DNA of 64,000 nucleotides from Promethearchaeota archaeon (GCA_048938105.1 JBHLMN010000001.1:352001-416000), one strand, 5' to 3'. Positions 1 to 10,612 are shown, counted from the first letter of the stretch. Notes: generated by a model from the sequence alone, not told the origin. Translations and numbers: made by a program.

Positions 1-1
1 A

Positions 2-676
2 ATTGGGTGTGGTGGAACTTTAGCTCAACTTGCTGAATTGGGATACCGTGTTGGAATCATTGATTTAACAGATGGAGAACCAACCCCTTTTAATGATAAA
101 CCCGAAATTCGGATTGAGGAGTCTTTGCAAGCAGCTAAAATACTAGGAGTCGACAGAATATTGCTAGGTCTCCCTAATCGCGTTCTTATGGATAACCTCA
201 AAGCTAGAATGGCTTTAGCCCGAATATTTCGTCAAAAAAAGCCAAAAATAGTAATTGGAATGCTGGGAATGACTCCTCAAGGATCACCAGATCATTATCA
301 AAGCCAACTTATATTCGATGCAGCTGTTTTTTACAGTCGTTTATCTAAATGGGAAAATCATTTTGATAACCTTCCTCCATGGAGAATTGAACATATCTAT
401 TACTACTTCACTGCTCGTGAATTGTTTACTTCAGATCTACCTCTTCAGTTTATTGTGGATATAAGTAAACACTTCGAGATCAAAAAAAAAGCATTATTGG
501 CTTATAAATCGCAATTTAAGGCACATCCTTCTTATAATCCACCAATTGTCCAATGGATAGAAGGTATGGGGCGATATTTTGGATCATTAATCAATAAAAA
601 ATACGGAGAAGTCTTCTATGGTTCAAAAGTATTAAATCTGAATTTATTCCAATATTATCTTTCGTCTCCCAAGTAG
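2..676 (+). CDS. bshB1: PIG-L family deacetylase, bacillithiol biosynthesis BshB1-like (5' end lies before the window)
   Basis: Frame is open from position 2 (IGCGGTLAQLAELG...). Has DLTDGE, HYQ, VDIS and AYKSQF motifs typical of BshB1/LmbE; a bshC homolog is also in the window. Confidence 0.75.
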   Translation: MGCGGTLAQLAELGYRVGIIDLTDGEPTPFNDKPEIRIEESLQAAKILGVDRILLGLPNRVLMDNLKARMALARIFRQKKPKIVIGMLGMTPQGSPDHYQSQLIFDAAVFYSRLSKWENHFDNLPPWRIEHIYYYFTARELFTSDLPLQFIVDISKHFEIKKKALLAYKSQFKAHPSYNPPIVQWIEGMGRYFGSLINKKYGEVFYGSKVLNLNLFQYYLSSPK

Positions 677-793
677 GATTAAAACGAGCTTTCACCTAAC
701 TCTTTTCTGTAATATGTTCTATATCTGAAGGAATGGAAATTCTGGTCAATTCAGTTAAACTCTGATGTGTCTGCTATTTTAAAAAGGATATAT

Positions 794-1720
794 TCATTCA
801 TCAATATGGTTTCGTGCTATTTTTGCTGCGAATAAAGCATATTCTAAGAAATCTTGTGGTTCCAGTTGCTCGATTGAGTCTTTTAGTGCTGTTAGAATTC
901 GGTCTTGTTCATTCTTATCGAGTAGATCTTTTTGAGATAAACACTTTGAAAAAAACACTGCAGAGTCCTGAAAATTACCTAATTCGTAGAGAGCGTCAGC
1001 AAGAGAATGGTACTCTTCTGAGGGATTAATTCGTGTTTCTGATGTAAGACTATCTAATAGATCAGCATAATGTTTTAGAGCAATAATTGCACAACGAAGA
1101 CCTTCGATAACTGCATGCTTTGACAAGCTATCACAAACTTTAGTACGCAAACTCAGAATTAACCTACGTTCATGTTCATTTTTTGGAGTGATCTTAGTCA
1201 AACGCTGAACTACACGCCAATATTGAGGCACTTCGTATCCTTGAATAGGATCGGAAAACCGTTGCAGAATTCTAGATTTTACACCATATTCAGCGAGATC
1301 CTTTACATTTGTTTCTAGTCCAAGAACTTCAGTTATTCCAAACTCTCGCATTTTTGCAGAATAAAACGACTTTAAATAACTGTAAAAATCAAAATTGTTG
1401 GAATAAATTTTTTTAACATATCCTAATGCTGTATGTTGGAATTTAGAAAAGCAGAATGGATCCATTAATTGAAATAATTGTATTTCAGAACCGTGGACAA
1501 CAGCTAGTGAGATTACCTGCCCCTGTAATCCATCAGATTCGAGCTTTAAGATTGCTGTACCACTTGGAAGAGAAATTGGAATACTAACTGTTTTCTCAAA
1601 AACAGGTTTTAATAGATCTTCATTTGTAATCCAGTCTTCAACTAGAAGATTACTAAAAATCCAAAGCTCAGGTTGGCTAGAAATCTCTAATAATGTTTTC
1701 CGTGATCGTTTCCGTGGCAA
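794..1720 (-). CDS. hypothetical protein with C-terminal TPR-like helices
   Basis: 308-aa ORF; YHSLADALYELGNFQDSAVFFSKCL resembles a TPR repeat. Confidence 0.55.
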   Translation of the reverse strand: MPRKRSRKTLLEISSQPELWIFSNLLVEDWITNEDLLKPVFEKTVSIPISLPSGTAILKLESDGLQGQVISLAVVHGSEIQLFQLMDPFCFSKFQHTALGYVKKIYSNNFDFYSYLKSFYSAKMREFGITEVLGLETNVKDLAEYGVKSRILQRFSDPIQGYEVPQYWRVVQRLTKITPKNEHERRLILSLRTKVCDSLSKHAVIEGLRCAIIALKHYADLLDSLTSETRINPSEEYHSLADALYELGNFQDSAVFFSKCLSQKDLLDKNEQDRILTALKDSIEQLEPQDFLEYALFAAKIARNHIDE

Positions 1721-1829
1721 AACTCAAACACTTCTTTCTTTAATTTATATAAATATCCTAATTTTATTTTGATAAATGTTTTTATCTCAATCAGTGGGAG
1801 TTATATCCTTAATATTTTTCATTATTTGA

Positions 1830-3755
1830 TTATCGACGCACATGAACAGCAACTCCCCTATTGAACGCAATCATCTCTGGGGCTGCAAGGCTACTTTTAC
1901 CAAAATTAAGAAAAATGTCGTTTTCGTCAACAATGAATACTTCTTCACCACACAGAATTTCAGGATCCACATTTAGTACAAATTTTGCTAATAAATCTTT
2001 GTTATTGGCAACATAAGGAAGAGCTTCATTTGCTGCTACCACTCGTAAATGTGGAGGGAGAGTTTGTTGGTATAATTTTTGAGCGAAAGTTTTTGAAGGT
2101 ATAATAACAAAATCTGAAGCACGAAATGTCCCCAATATCCCTGATTCATTAGAAAATCTACGAATAATTCCAGTTTTTCTAGATCTTTCAATATTTAGGC
2201 ACAGATCACTCAAAATGGCATGTGTACCAGCCCCAAATTGATAATCAATAATAGCTTTTAGGATATGAGTTTCATTCAACTTATCTTTATTTTTAATCCC
2301 TTCAAAAATATCGAAGTCTTGTAATATTTCAATATCTAGATCCAATGAAGGATGAATTTCGACTTGTTTGAACTTAGATCTATACATGTTGAGAAATCTT
2401 GATATAAAATTAGTAATCTCTGAGGAAAATGTCATGGGAATCCTTTCATGTTGAACTAAAGGATAAATTCCTTGTAATTCGTCAGGAATTATCCCAAAGA
2501 TTGGAGATAATCTTATTACTTGATATGAGTCTGTAGAGTGTATGTTTTGGAAATCTTGGCCGATTATTAGATTTTGATTCCAGATATAAAAACGTTCTAA
2601 AATCCGTTTCCTGTATCGCAATAGGAGAGGGTGGAAAGTAAGAATTGGATGAGTAATGAGGAGAGATCGAGATTTTGAAATGGGTTCATATTTTTCGACA
2701 AATTGAGAGGTTTTTAAACCAAACACAAAATCTAGAACCTTAGCTAAGGAGGGGTGATTCATCACTCGTGCTAAAACAAGTTCGTATAACCGTCCCTCGA
2801 TAATAGCCTGTTTAATTCTACGTATTTCTTCTAAACTGACGATAAGATTATGTTTAGCAAGTAATTCGGTTCGAGTTTCTTGATCGACCTGCTTTAATTC
2901 TGAAGGAGAATAATTCTGACAGATCTCACATGAACAGGGAAGATAATGTAAATTATCAAGATGTTCTGTACCAAATTCTGTAATATAACGATTTTTTTTG
3001 GCAAAAATAATATATGCTGCGGAATCAAACATATCTACACCAAGATATACAGCAACTGCAAAGAACATGGGATGACCTGCTCCAAATAAGTGAATAGGCC
3101 GATTTAGAGGTAAATGTTGTTTAACAGTGAATATTATCTGAACAACAGTAGAAAAATCATACTTCTCCAATAATGGTACAACAGATCCAATGGGATGAAT
3201 ATGGAAGTCTTTTAAGGCCATTTCCATGCAAGATCTTTCGACTAACTTCAAGTATTTCCCTCCTTGAATTGGTCCAGACCATAAAATTGAGTTTGTTAAA
3301 TTTCGGTGTTGAATATGTTCATCCGCTCTAAGAAGGGTTTTTTCCAAAGCTATTTTAGATTCCTCATAGGTCCCCTTTCTTATTGGAACATCTAAGAAAA
3401 CACCGATATCACTACTAATTTGTTCTTGAAACTGGGTAATTTCTTTATTGGTTACTGACACCTCACCATATTCCATAAGTTGAAATGCTCCTGAATCAGT
3501 CACAAGTGGACCAGAATAACCAATATGCTTGTGTAATCCTTCATCTAATGCTTGTTCTCGATTCACAGGATCTCTATATAATAAATAGGCATTTGTGATA
3601 AAAGCTTCCGCTCCACATTTTTCCATTTCTTTAGGAGGTATCAATTGACGATTTGGATTGATCACAGGCAGAAAAACTGGTGTTGTGATTTTGCCATGCG
3701 TTGTCACAATCGTTCCAATTCGTGCTAATCCATCTTTCTTTCTTATTGAGAACAA
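1830..3755 (-). CDS. tgtA: archaeosine tRNA-guanine(15) transglycosylase with C-terminal PUA domain
   Basis: TDSGAFQ, PIQGG, HLFGAGHP, DMFDSAAY, Zn site CSCEIC...HN, and PUA-like C-terminus (RGVAVHVR). Confidence 0.95.
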   Translation of the reverse strand: MFSIRKKDGLARIGTIVTTHGKITTPVFLPVINPNRQLIPPKEMEKCGAEAFITNAYLLYRDPVNREQALDEGLHKHIGYSGPLVTDSGAFQLMEYGEVSVTNKEITQFQEQISSDIGVFLDVPIRKGTYEESKIALEKTLLRADEHIQHRNLTNSILWSGPIQGGKYLKLVERSCMEMALKDFHIHPIGSVVPLLEKYDFSTVVQIIFTVKQHLPLNRPIHLFGAGHPMFFAVAVYLGVDMFDSAAYIIFAKKNRYITEFGTEHLDNLHYLPCSCEICQNYSPSELKQVDQETRTELLAKHNLIVSLEEIRRIKQAIIEGRLYELVLARVMNHPSLAKVLDFVFGLKTSQFVEKYEPISKSRSLLITHPILTFHPLLLRYRKRILERFYIWNQNLIIGQDFQNIHSTDSYQVIRLSPIFGIIPDELQGIYPLVQHERIPMTFSSEITNFISRFLNMYRSKFKQVEIHPSLDLDIEILQDFDIFEGIKNKDKLNETHILKAIIDYQFGAGTHAILSDLCLNIERSRKTGIIRRFSNESGILGTFRASDFVIIPSKTFAQKLYQQTLPPHLRVVAANEALPYVANNKDLLAKFVLNVDPEILCGEEVFIVDENDIFLNFGKSSLAAPEMIAFNRGVAVHVRR

Positions 3756-3995
3756 ATGATAATGGCATCTCCTCAGATCTGGTTGTTACATAACCCCCTC
3801 CTCAAGGAAATTATTGCCACATGACTTTAATTTCTCAAATAACATATTTATCATTCTTCTATAAACTTCAGATATTAGAAAATGTCAATTTAATATATTG
3901 AAGCTGATTTAATTAACTTATATTATTTATATCTTCGGTTGATTCCCTTTTTAGTAGAAGTCTGTTTAACAGGTGTTAGTGAAAAAAAAAATAAA

Positions 3996-4895
3996 CTATT
4001 TGGAATCTTGATCTTTCTCTGTGATAACACGAGAAATCTCTGTTAAAGAATCTGTAAGTTTATTCTCGCCTTCCTCTTCTTCAATGATTTCTATCACATT
4101 AGAAACCGTTTTAAAAATGAAGTGTAAGTCTTTTACCTTAAATTCTACCTCCTCTTCTTCAAGTCCTGTTGGTAATGAAAATTCAGCCCAGATCTCAGTT
4201 CCAGAAAAACCTGTAAATGCAGGAGAGTTTTGGAGCTCTTCTTCTACTAAAACAGAGTCTTTCAATGTAAGATTCTTAAATTTCAGGTTGATAAAGCTAC
4301 CCTCAATATCTATGTCTACTTCAAGCCCATAAGATTCCGTTAAAGTTTCAACAATTGAACGTAACATACTAATGCTGTGAATACTAGTCTCTTGAGCATT
4401 TATCAAGCATAAATCCAGTTTTGGCCAGAGAAGAAATAGTTGGTCTCGTAAAAAATGGGTTTCAATAATTTGATCCATACTCCCCATAGGAAAAACCTCC
4501 TTTCCCTTTATTATTGTTCGCTTAAGAAGGTCTGAAGCTGAACGGCGAGTAGATGTTTGTTTTTCATGAATTATCTTCCAATAATCATCAATATAAACAT
4601 AAACATCAGGAAGGAGGGGTTCACCCTCCTGAAACGTTCTCATAAGGCCTTTTATTCGTTGAGAATAACAAAACATTGGTATTTGTTTCTTAGGTTCACG
4701 CTTCAATAATAAGACATCTAAATAACGACGATCAGTACATTTAGGACGTAGCATGTTGACAACTTTATTATTTTGACATTTTTCAAGACAGAATAACCTT
4801 CGATCACGAACCATTTCTTCCCAAAGAGTAACCCCTGATATTAGATTTAAAGTCTCCATTGCTATTTTTGGGGCTTCCTCTTCGTTCCATTTCAT
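3996..4895 (-). CDS. hypothetical protein
   Basis: 299-aa ORF with ATG start and host-like composition; no motif recognised. Confidence 0.6.
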   Translation of the reverse strand: MKWNEEEAPKIAMETLNLISGVTLWEEMVRDRRLFCLEKCQNNKVVNMLRPKCTDRRYLDVLLLKREPKKQIPMFCYSQRIKGLMRTFQEGEPLLPDVYVYIDDYWKIIHEKQTSTRRSASDLLKRTIIKGKEVFPMGSMDQIIETHFLRDQLFLLWPKLDLCLINAQETSIHSISMLRSIVETLTESYGLEVDIDIEGSFINLKFKNLTLKDSVLVEEELQNSPAFTGFSGTEIWAEFSLPTGLEEEEVEFKVKDLHFIFKTVSNVIEIIEEEEGENKLTDSLTEISRVITEKDQDSK

Positions 4896-5487
4896 CGCTT
4901 TTGGGATCTCCTTCTAGGACTGTTTGTGAGAAAAACTGAATAGATTACTTCTCTGTCGCTATATCGATTTTAGATGGTTCTACTTATATTAGGATCTATT
5001 TTTTTATTGATAAGATGTATGTGGATCTTTCAATATTTTAGGACACTTGCGTTATTAGATGTGTGATAATAGGTAGATGGTTTTATTGTTGAAATTATTT
5101 AGAATTTCTCTAATATTAACTAAATACAACTTTTCATAAAAATTTTGTCATATTCCAGTACCTTTTGTATGATGATTTAAAATTTCTAGTATAAGGGTAG
5201 AAATAAGGTAGAAATAAGCTTTTACAGTTAAGAGTTATTCAAAAGGAGGGCGACAAAAAAAGTTAACCAGTTTCTAAGGCCTTCTGAACAATAAGTAAAT
5301 GTAATTTCCCCCAAATTTTGTTAATTATTGAAGATATCTAGTAAAATTCTAATTAGAATCAAGAATTCGAAGCCTCAGAGTGCCTTTTATATAATTACTA
5401 GTGGGTTTAAGATGCTTTGCCCTATTAACTCTGGAAAAAATAAATATTTCCCTCTAATGTCCCATCCTTTGAAGAAATTCAGTTAGT

Positions 5488-5640
5488 TCTTCGATTATAA
5501 AAGATAGGTTATTAAAATTGATTGAGTTTTATTCAACTTTATTCACAGGAGGTCATCAACTAGCTCGTTACCGCCGCTAGTCTCCATCGTGTGGGATGTA
5601 ACCCGACATCCTCTATCCTGTCAGCGTTAACCGCGTTCAG
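5488..5640 (-). ncRNA. predicted omega-RNA overlapping the tnpB 3' end, plus flanking guide
   Basis: TnpB omega-RNAs are known to overlap the ORF end and the right end; GC-richer hairpins are seen here. Boundaries are inferred. Confidence 0.45.
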
Positions 5641-6830
5641 GAATGCTTTTTTCATAATATTGTACGCGCCATTCACATCAGCATTAATTATAGTGCCTTT
5701 CAGGGATTTGAATAGTCCTCTAGTAATTCTTCGGCCTAGGTATTTCCTATGGTGTTCGATTGACTCATTATCCAAAAAAGAACACTTGCTGGAAAAACTT
5801 TCCTCTTGTTTAATGACCATTATCCCCTGCTCTGCTGCTTTGTATTCCAGTTGTTGAATTAGCTTGTTATACGGAATGGAGACAAAATTCTGAGTGTTCT
5901 TTTTACCAATTTTGCAATTTTGCTTCCACTCGGGATTATACCCGATCACAATTGTTCCAATGTCATTCCTAACACAGTACTCAATGATTTTCTGGCTAGT
6001 CTTATGGAAAAATTCATTGATCTTTCTATTGCGTTTTATGGTCAACTTTTGCATAGTTTTCCCTGTCTTTATTCCCTGACGGTCATAGGTTGATTGAATT
6101 CGGGCGCGTTCTTTGTTATAGTATTGATTAATGGATTTGGCAATCCCACCTTTAATAACAAACGGTTTTAAACCATTGTTATTGACAGTAGTTATGAGAT
6201 TGCGAACCCCTATATCAATTGCAACGATTTTGTCTTTATTTAATGGTTTAGGACTGATTTCTTTCTGGTAGATCATTTCTACCACATAACCTACTCCTTT
6301 CGGAATAATTCGTACCTCTCTGATGTCAGTCCTATCAGGTAGTCTTGTTTTTATTTTCAAACCTACTTTTTTTGGAAATAACAGGAAATTATCTTTTAAT
6401 TTCACCTGTTGGTTGGTAAAAACCAACATAAACTCTCCATTCTTTGGTTTGTATCTAGGAGGATTCGGTCTTCCGTTAAATTTTGATTTGTCCTTCTTCC
6501 ATTCATTAATAGCTCCAAAAAAGGATTTCCAATTCCTATCAAGTATTTTTAAAACTTGTTGAGCTGTTTGAGCTGGAAGTAGGTGATAATTGTCTGAAGT
6601 TTTAAGAAGGTGATATAAAGAATTATACCGAATCCATTTATTATGATTGAAAAACTCTTGACGCACAAGATAGTTAGCCTCATTATAGAGATTTTTCGAT
6701 AAATGACATAAAAATCGTAATTGTGGACAGGATTTTAACCAAATTCGTTCAGTTCTGATAACGCTTTTGTATCTGCTCACGAATCATCCCTGAAAACGAT
6801 TATCATAATTTATAATACCTTAGCTTTTTA
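5508..6830 (-). mobile_element. non-autonomous (IS1341-like) tnpB-only element; ends approximate
   Basis: tnpB with no adjacent tnpA ORF. Hairpins at 5560-5580 (CTAGC..GCTAG) and 5521-5537 (TTGA..TCAA) precede a minus-strand ...TTTTAATAAC end at about 5508. Left end not resolved. Confidence 0.6.
5560..6780 (-). CDS. tnpB: TnpB RNA-guided endonuclease (IS200/IS605/IS607 OrfB)
   Basis: N-terminal SKNLYNEANY, RuvC-I AIDIGVRN, IVIGYN..WKQ, EESFSSKCSFLD, RuvC-III INADVNGAYNI. Confidence 0.92.
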   Translation of the reverse strand: MSRYKSVIRTERIWLKSCPQLRFLCHLSKNLYNEANYLVRQEFFNHNKWIRYNSLYHLLKTSDNYHLLPAQTAQQVLKILDRNWKSFFGAINEWKKDKSKFNGRPNPPRYKPKNGEFMLVFTNQQVKLKDNFLLFPKKVGLKIKTRLPDRTDIREVRIIPKGVGYVVEMIYQKEISPKPLNKDKIVAIDIGVRNLITTVNNNGLKPFVIKGGIAKSINQYYNKERARIQSTYDRQGIKTGKTMQKLTIKRNRKINEFFHKTSQKIIEYCVRNDIGTIVIGYNPEWKQNCKIGKKNTQNFVSIPYNKLIQQLEYKAAEQGIMVIKQEESFSSKCSFLDNESIEHHRKYLGRRITRGLFKSLKGTIINADVNGAYNIMKKAFLNAVNADRIEDVGLHPTRWRLAAVTS

Positions 6831-7334
6831 ATCACCTAATTACCATTTCTTTCTTGTAAGAATGAGATTATAAACTAAATATGATTAAAATATCGGAAAT
6901 TATTTTAGAAAATAAGCATCAATTTTAATAATACTTTTAGAAGTCTTGAAGAATCAAAAATTTATCTATATTGAATCTTTTTAAAATAATATACTCTCAA
7001 CTAGAAATCATCTCAAGTTCTTAATCATGTGTCATCTTTTGGACGTTAAACGAGAATCCATCGATCATTCCTTATAATGTACGAAAGGTATCCAATAATA
7101 GGTACGTGATGTACTAGCTCTGCTGCATTGTCTATTTTTTGAGTAATCCAGCTTCATCAAACATCTTTCTTAACACTCTCTCCATCTCTACTCCAATTCT
7201 CTTGGCAAATCTTTCTGAAAATTTGTCAAAAAGAAGGTTAAAGTTTACACAAAAATGAAAAATGATAATTTATTGATAAAAATATTCCTCTATATAAATA
7301 CACAACCTTCTGTACAGTTACACTTTTATCATAT

Positions 7335-7919
7335 TTAATTTAGAGATTCTTCGTTACCTTTTGAATAATCTTCATCAAATTCATCTGGTTCCCAGTTGAA
7401 GTTCTTCATGAAAAGATGTCCTATATTTTGAGAACTTTGATCTTCATTATTCATCAAGTGAATTTCGTTTTTAGTATAGAAGAAAGCTTCCATATGTAAT
7501 ACAAAGAAATCTGTTCCAAATTCTCTAGAAAATTTATTTTTTGAATGCGTGACTATCAATAATACACCTATTCCACCAAAAGTTTTAACAAATTCTTCTA
7601 GAAGTTCCCTGTCCCAATAATCTATAGTATTTATTTGAATATCCCAAGAATGATCACCTTGTATAAAATAATTGTTATGAAAGATTTTGTTTTTAAAATG
7701 TCCAGGTTTTTTATTTTCTAGTAATTCAAGAGTCCTGAATTTAAAATAAAGTTCTATCCAATTATCTTTTTTATATTCTATTCCTTTCTTTTTTAGTAAA
7801 TGTATTGCTTCCCTACTCTCTTGAATTGGAGGAAGACATGGAGGAATAACCCCTGATGACCCATATTCATTAAATAATACTTCCGTGATCATTTCAGCTT
7901 CTTTTCGTGGTGAAAGCAT
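7335..7919 (-). CDS. diverged, shortened paralog of the upstream restriction endonuclease
   Basis: Aligns with 8024..8782 throughout: SPRKEAE/SPREEAE, LFNEYGS/LFSEFGS, PGHFK/PGKFK, QGDHSWDI/KGEFSWDI, FNWEPDEFDEDY/FNDRPKDFTDDY. ATG at 7919 matches the paralog start. Confidence 0.65.
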   Translation of the reverse strand: MLSPRKEAEMITEVLFNEYGSSGVIPPCLPPIQESREAIHLLKKKGIEYKKDNWIELYFKFRTLELLENKKPGHFKNKIFHNNYFIQGDHSWDIQINTIDYWDRELLEEFVKTFGGIGVLLIVTHSKNKFSREFGTDFFVLHMEAFFYTKNEIHLMNNEDQSSQNIGHLFMKNFNWEPDEFDEDYSKGNEESLN

Positions 7920-8023
7920 AATTATAACACACATTTCTGGTATTAATAGAATTTTAGTGATGACTACGCTTTTTAAAATCTATATTTAATAGAATTTGAA
8001 TATACTGCAATTTAGGAGAGGAA

Positions 8024-8782
8024 TTAATCTTTTTCTGGGTAATCATCTGTAAAATCTTTGGGGCGGTCATTAAACATCCAAGCTCCTATGTAACACTTCT
8101 CTGTTCTCATCTGTTGTATATCCAATTGATATTTACCTTTCCTTGGAGCTCCACTTGGTAGTCTCATACCTTCTTGGAAAGTTGGGTCAGCCCACCCTTT
8201 TTCAAGGCCTTGTTTTAAATCTTCAAGTGTTAAATAAAAACCTAAGATTTCACCAATAAGAAAAGCAGTCTTTCTTACCTTTCTTGGTCGTTCTTCATCG
8301 ATTCGTTGCTTTGTATATTCACTTGAACCACCTTTGAATTTTTCATGCCATCTTACAAAACTTCCATCCTTATCGTATTTAAAATGAGTCTTTCCAACTA
8401 ATAACCCGTAACCCTCATTCTTTTCCAAATAATTATCGAAGAACGATTTATCAACAAAAGGAACCTCTGGTGATTCATATCTTGATGATTTGAGACGAAT
8501 ATCCCATGAAAATTCTCCTTTAATTAAAAATAACCTTTTCCATGGATCAAAATGTTTGAATTTTCCTGGGAGTTTAGAATCTAGAAGGTGACGTAAATAA
8601 TGTTTAACATAGAAACTTGGCCATTCTAAATGTTTATATGGGAGATTATTATTTCTTAACCATTGAATTGCTTCTTTTCCATCTACAAGTGGAGGTGAAC
8701 GAGATTTATTAGTATCAATTGATCCAAATTCACTGAAAAGAACATTAATTAATAGTTCTGCTTCCTCTCGTGGTGAAACCAT
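8024..8782 (-). CDS. putative type II restriction endonuclease (PD-(D/E)xK-like)
   Basis: Overlaps the MTase 3' end by 34 bp; candidate catalytic segment EW..FY...WDIRLK. Confidence 0.6.
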   Translation of the reverse strand: MVSPREEAELLINVLFSEFGSIDTNKSRSPPLVDGKEAIQWLRNNNLPYKHLEWPSFYVKHYLRHLLDSKLPGKFKHFDPWKRLFLIKGEFSWDIRLKSSRYESPEVPFVDKSFFDNYLEKNEGYGLLVGKTHFKYDKDGSFVRWHEKFKGGSSEYTKQRIDEERPRKVRKTAFLIGEILGFYLTLEDLKQGLEKGWADPTFQEGMRLPSGAPRKGKYQLDIQQMRTEKCYIGAWMFNDRPKDFTDDYPEKD

Positions 8783-9810
8783 TCCAACATCCCACGTTCT
8801 TTGTTCTTAACTTCAGAAATGTATACTTCATAAGCTTTTGGATACTTCCTTTTTAGATCATCAATTGACGGTAGCAAAGTTTTATACATACGGTAGTCTC
8901 TTCCTAAAGGTGTTATATCCAAATTATGTTCTATAATAGAACGCATCTTGTCATTAATCTCAAAACCAATAAAATGACGATAGTTAGCTATAGCTGCCTC
9001 TGCTGTAGTGCCATTGCCCATAAATGGATCTAAAATTATATCTCCAGGTTTTGAACTAAAATCAATACATCTCTGAATCAATTGAGCAGGAAGTTTAGTG
9101 CCGTTTTTCTTCTCCCCTGGGGAATAATCTCGTTTGATATCCCAAACATCAGTTGGATAATGTTCGATTTTGTTGAAATAATATTCTTTAGGGTCTTTTG
9201 CAAGAAACAATATATGATAATGACTAGTTACAAACTTAATTTTTGTGTAAACCCCGAATTGATATTGCCAAATTAAATGATTTAACACAATTAAACCTGA
9301 ATTTCTTAGGGATCTGAGAATATCCTCTAAATTTGTCCAGCCACTAAAAATATACGCAGATGAGGTTGGTTTCATGAGACGAGGAAGTTGAGAAATCCAC
9401 TGTTCTGTAAAATCATTATAATTACTTTGTATTTCTTTATAATCTTCAACTACAAAATCAGAATCCCGATTATAAATAGACTCTTTTCCTGAAAAATCAA
9501 GTCCAAAAGGAGGATCAGCAATGATTAAATCGATACTTTCTTTTGATAAAAGCTGCATTCCTTTAATACAATCTTGAAAATATGTTTGATCTATTTTAAA
9601 AGATCCAATTTGTTTAACTTGTTTGTTAAAAAGGTTTAATGCTTGGGACTTATCCCAATCTTCACTGGGGCGGAATCTAAAAGCAGCTAAACCAGGAATA
9701 TATTTATTCTTCCGTTTTCTCTTCTTCTCTTTGTTATATTGTATCATTTCTTGAGAACTCTGAGAAACCATACCTGTAGCCTTCAAATAAAACTCTCCCT
9801 TATTTATCAT
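8749..9810 (-). CDS. beta-class N4-C/N6-A DNA methyltransferase
   Basis: Motif IV DPPF precedes motif I LDPFMGNGT; TKLP..LI.RCI segment. Confidence 0.92.
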   Translation of the reverse strand: MINKGEFYLKATGMVSQSSQEMIQYNKEKKRKRKNKYIPGLAAFRFRPSEDWDKSQALNLFNKQVKQIGSFKIDQTYFQDCIKGMQLLSKESIDLIIADPPFGLDFSGKESIYNRDSDFVVEDYKEIQSNYNDFTEQWISQLPRLMKPTSSAYIFSGWTNLEDILRSLRNSGLIVLNHLIWQYQFGVYTKIKFVTSHYHILFLAKDPKEYYFNKIEHYPTDVWDIKRDYSPGEKKNGTKLPAQLIQRCIDFSSKPGDIILDPFMGNGTTAEAAIANYRHFIGFEINDKMRSIIEHNLDITPLGRDYRMYKTLLPSIDDLKRKYPKAYEVYISEVKNKERGMLEWFHHERKQNY

Positions 9811-10225
9811 TAATAAAGTTTTTCAGATGAATTGTATTTTTTGATCAGAGAAGCTCTATTTAACCAAAAAGCGTTTCTGTTAGCTACATATATATAATGG
9901 GTTGATCTAAGGGATAGATCGAGCTAAAAGACCCGAGACGTCATTAGTGTATAAAGATGATGATTCTAGATTATTATAGAGGAGTTTCTATTATTTCTAA
10001 TTCTTCAAACAAAAAAATCACTTTATTTTTCTAATATAAAAGAAGATATTACGTAAATAACATCTATTTAAAACTAAAAGTAACCATTTCATTTCCTAAA
10101 AGAGGTAGTTGACTTTACATCAACAATTAAATAAAGTATATACAGTCTTACATCCAATATAACTCAAAATTAATCTAGATTTTAGGTAGATATGAGAAAA
10201 ATTAGATTATAGATTTCCACATATA

Positions 10226-10612
10226 ATGGAAAAAAAACTGGAATCTATTCTGAATTGGAATGAGGATCTTTCTTCAATCCTAGAAATTATCAATCCAGAT
10301 CGTTGGAAAGTTTTTCAGGTATTATATGTTAAAAGAGAAAATGAAGAACAATTTCCTTATTTACAAATTACTCCTAAGCAATTTCAATATTTTATTGAAG
10401 TTCACGCAAAATATCGCCCTGTGGCAGAAGATATAGAACTTATGAGAGGATCATATCTTATGCTTGATCCTCAATGTCGGTTTTTTCAGAATTCAACAGG
10501 TGAATTGGTTTTTAGTCAGTTAATTCTAGATATTGGTATTATCCCTGCAAGTGTAGAAGTGGGATGGGATTTTAGAAAATTCATTAAACGTGGAGGAATT
10601 TACAAATGGTGA
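10226..10612 (+). pseudogene. viperin (RSAD2-like) C-terminal fragment lacking the radical-SAM N-terminus
   Basis: NPDRWKVFQVL..REN, MRGSYLMLDPQCRFF, ILDIG and KFIKRGGIYKW are viperin signatures. No CxxxCxxC motif was found upstream. Confidence 0.85.

Noticed and set aside
5197-5218. GGTAGAAATAA tandem duplication
   Set aside because: Only two copies in an AT-rich spacer; likely slippage
6781-7000. Possible tnpA remnant upstream of tnpB
   Set aside because: Frames inspected are interrupted by stops and show no HUH/Y1 or serine-recombinase motif
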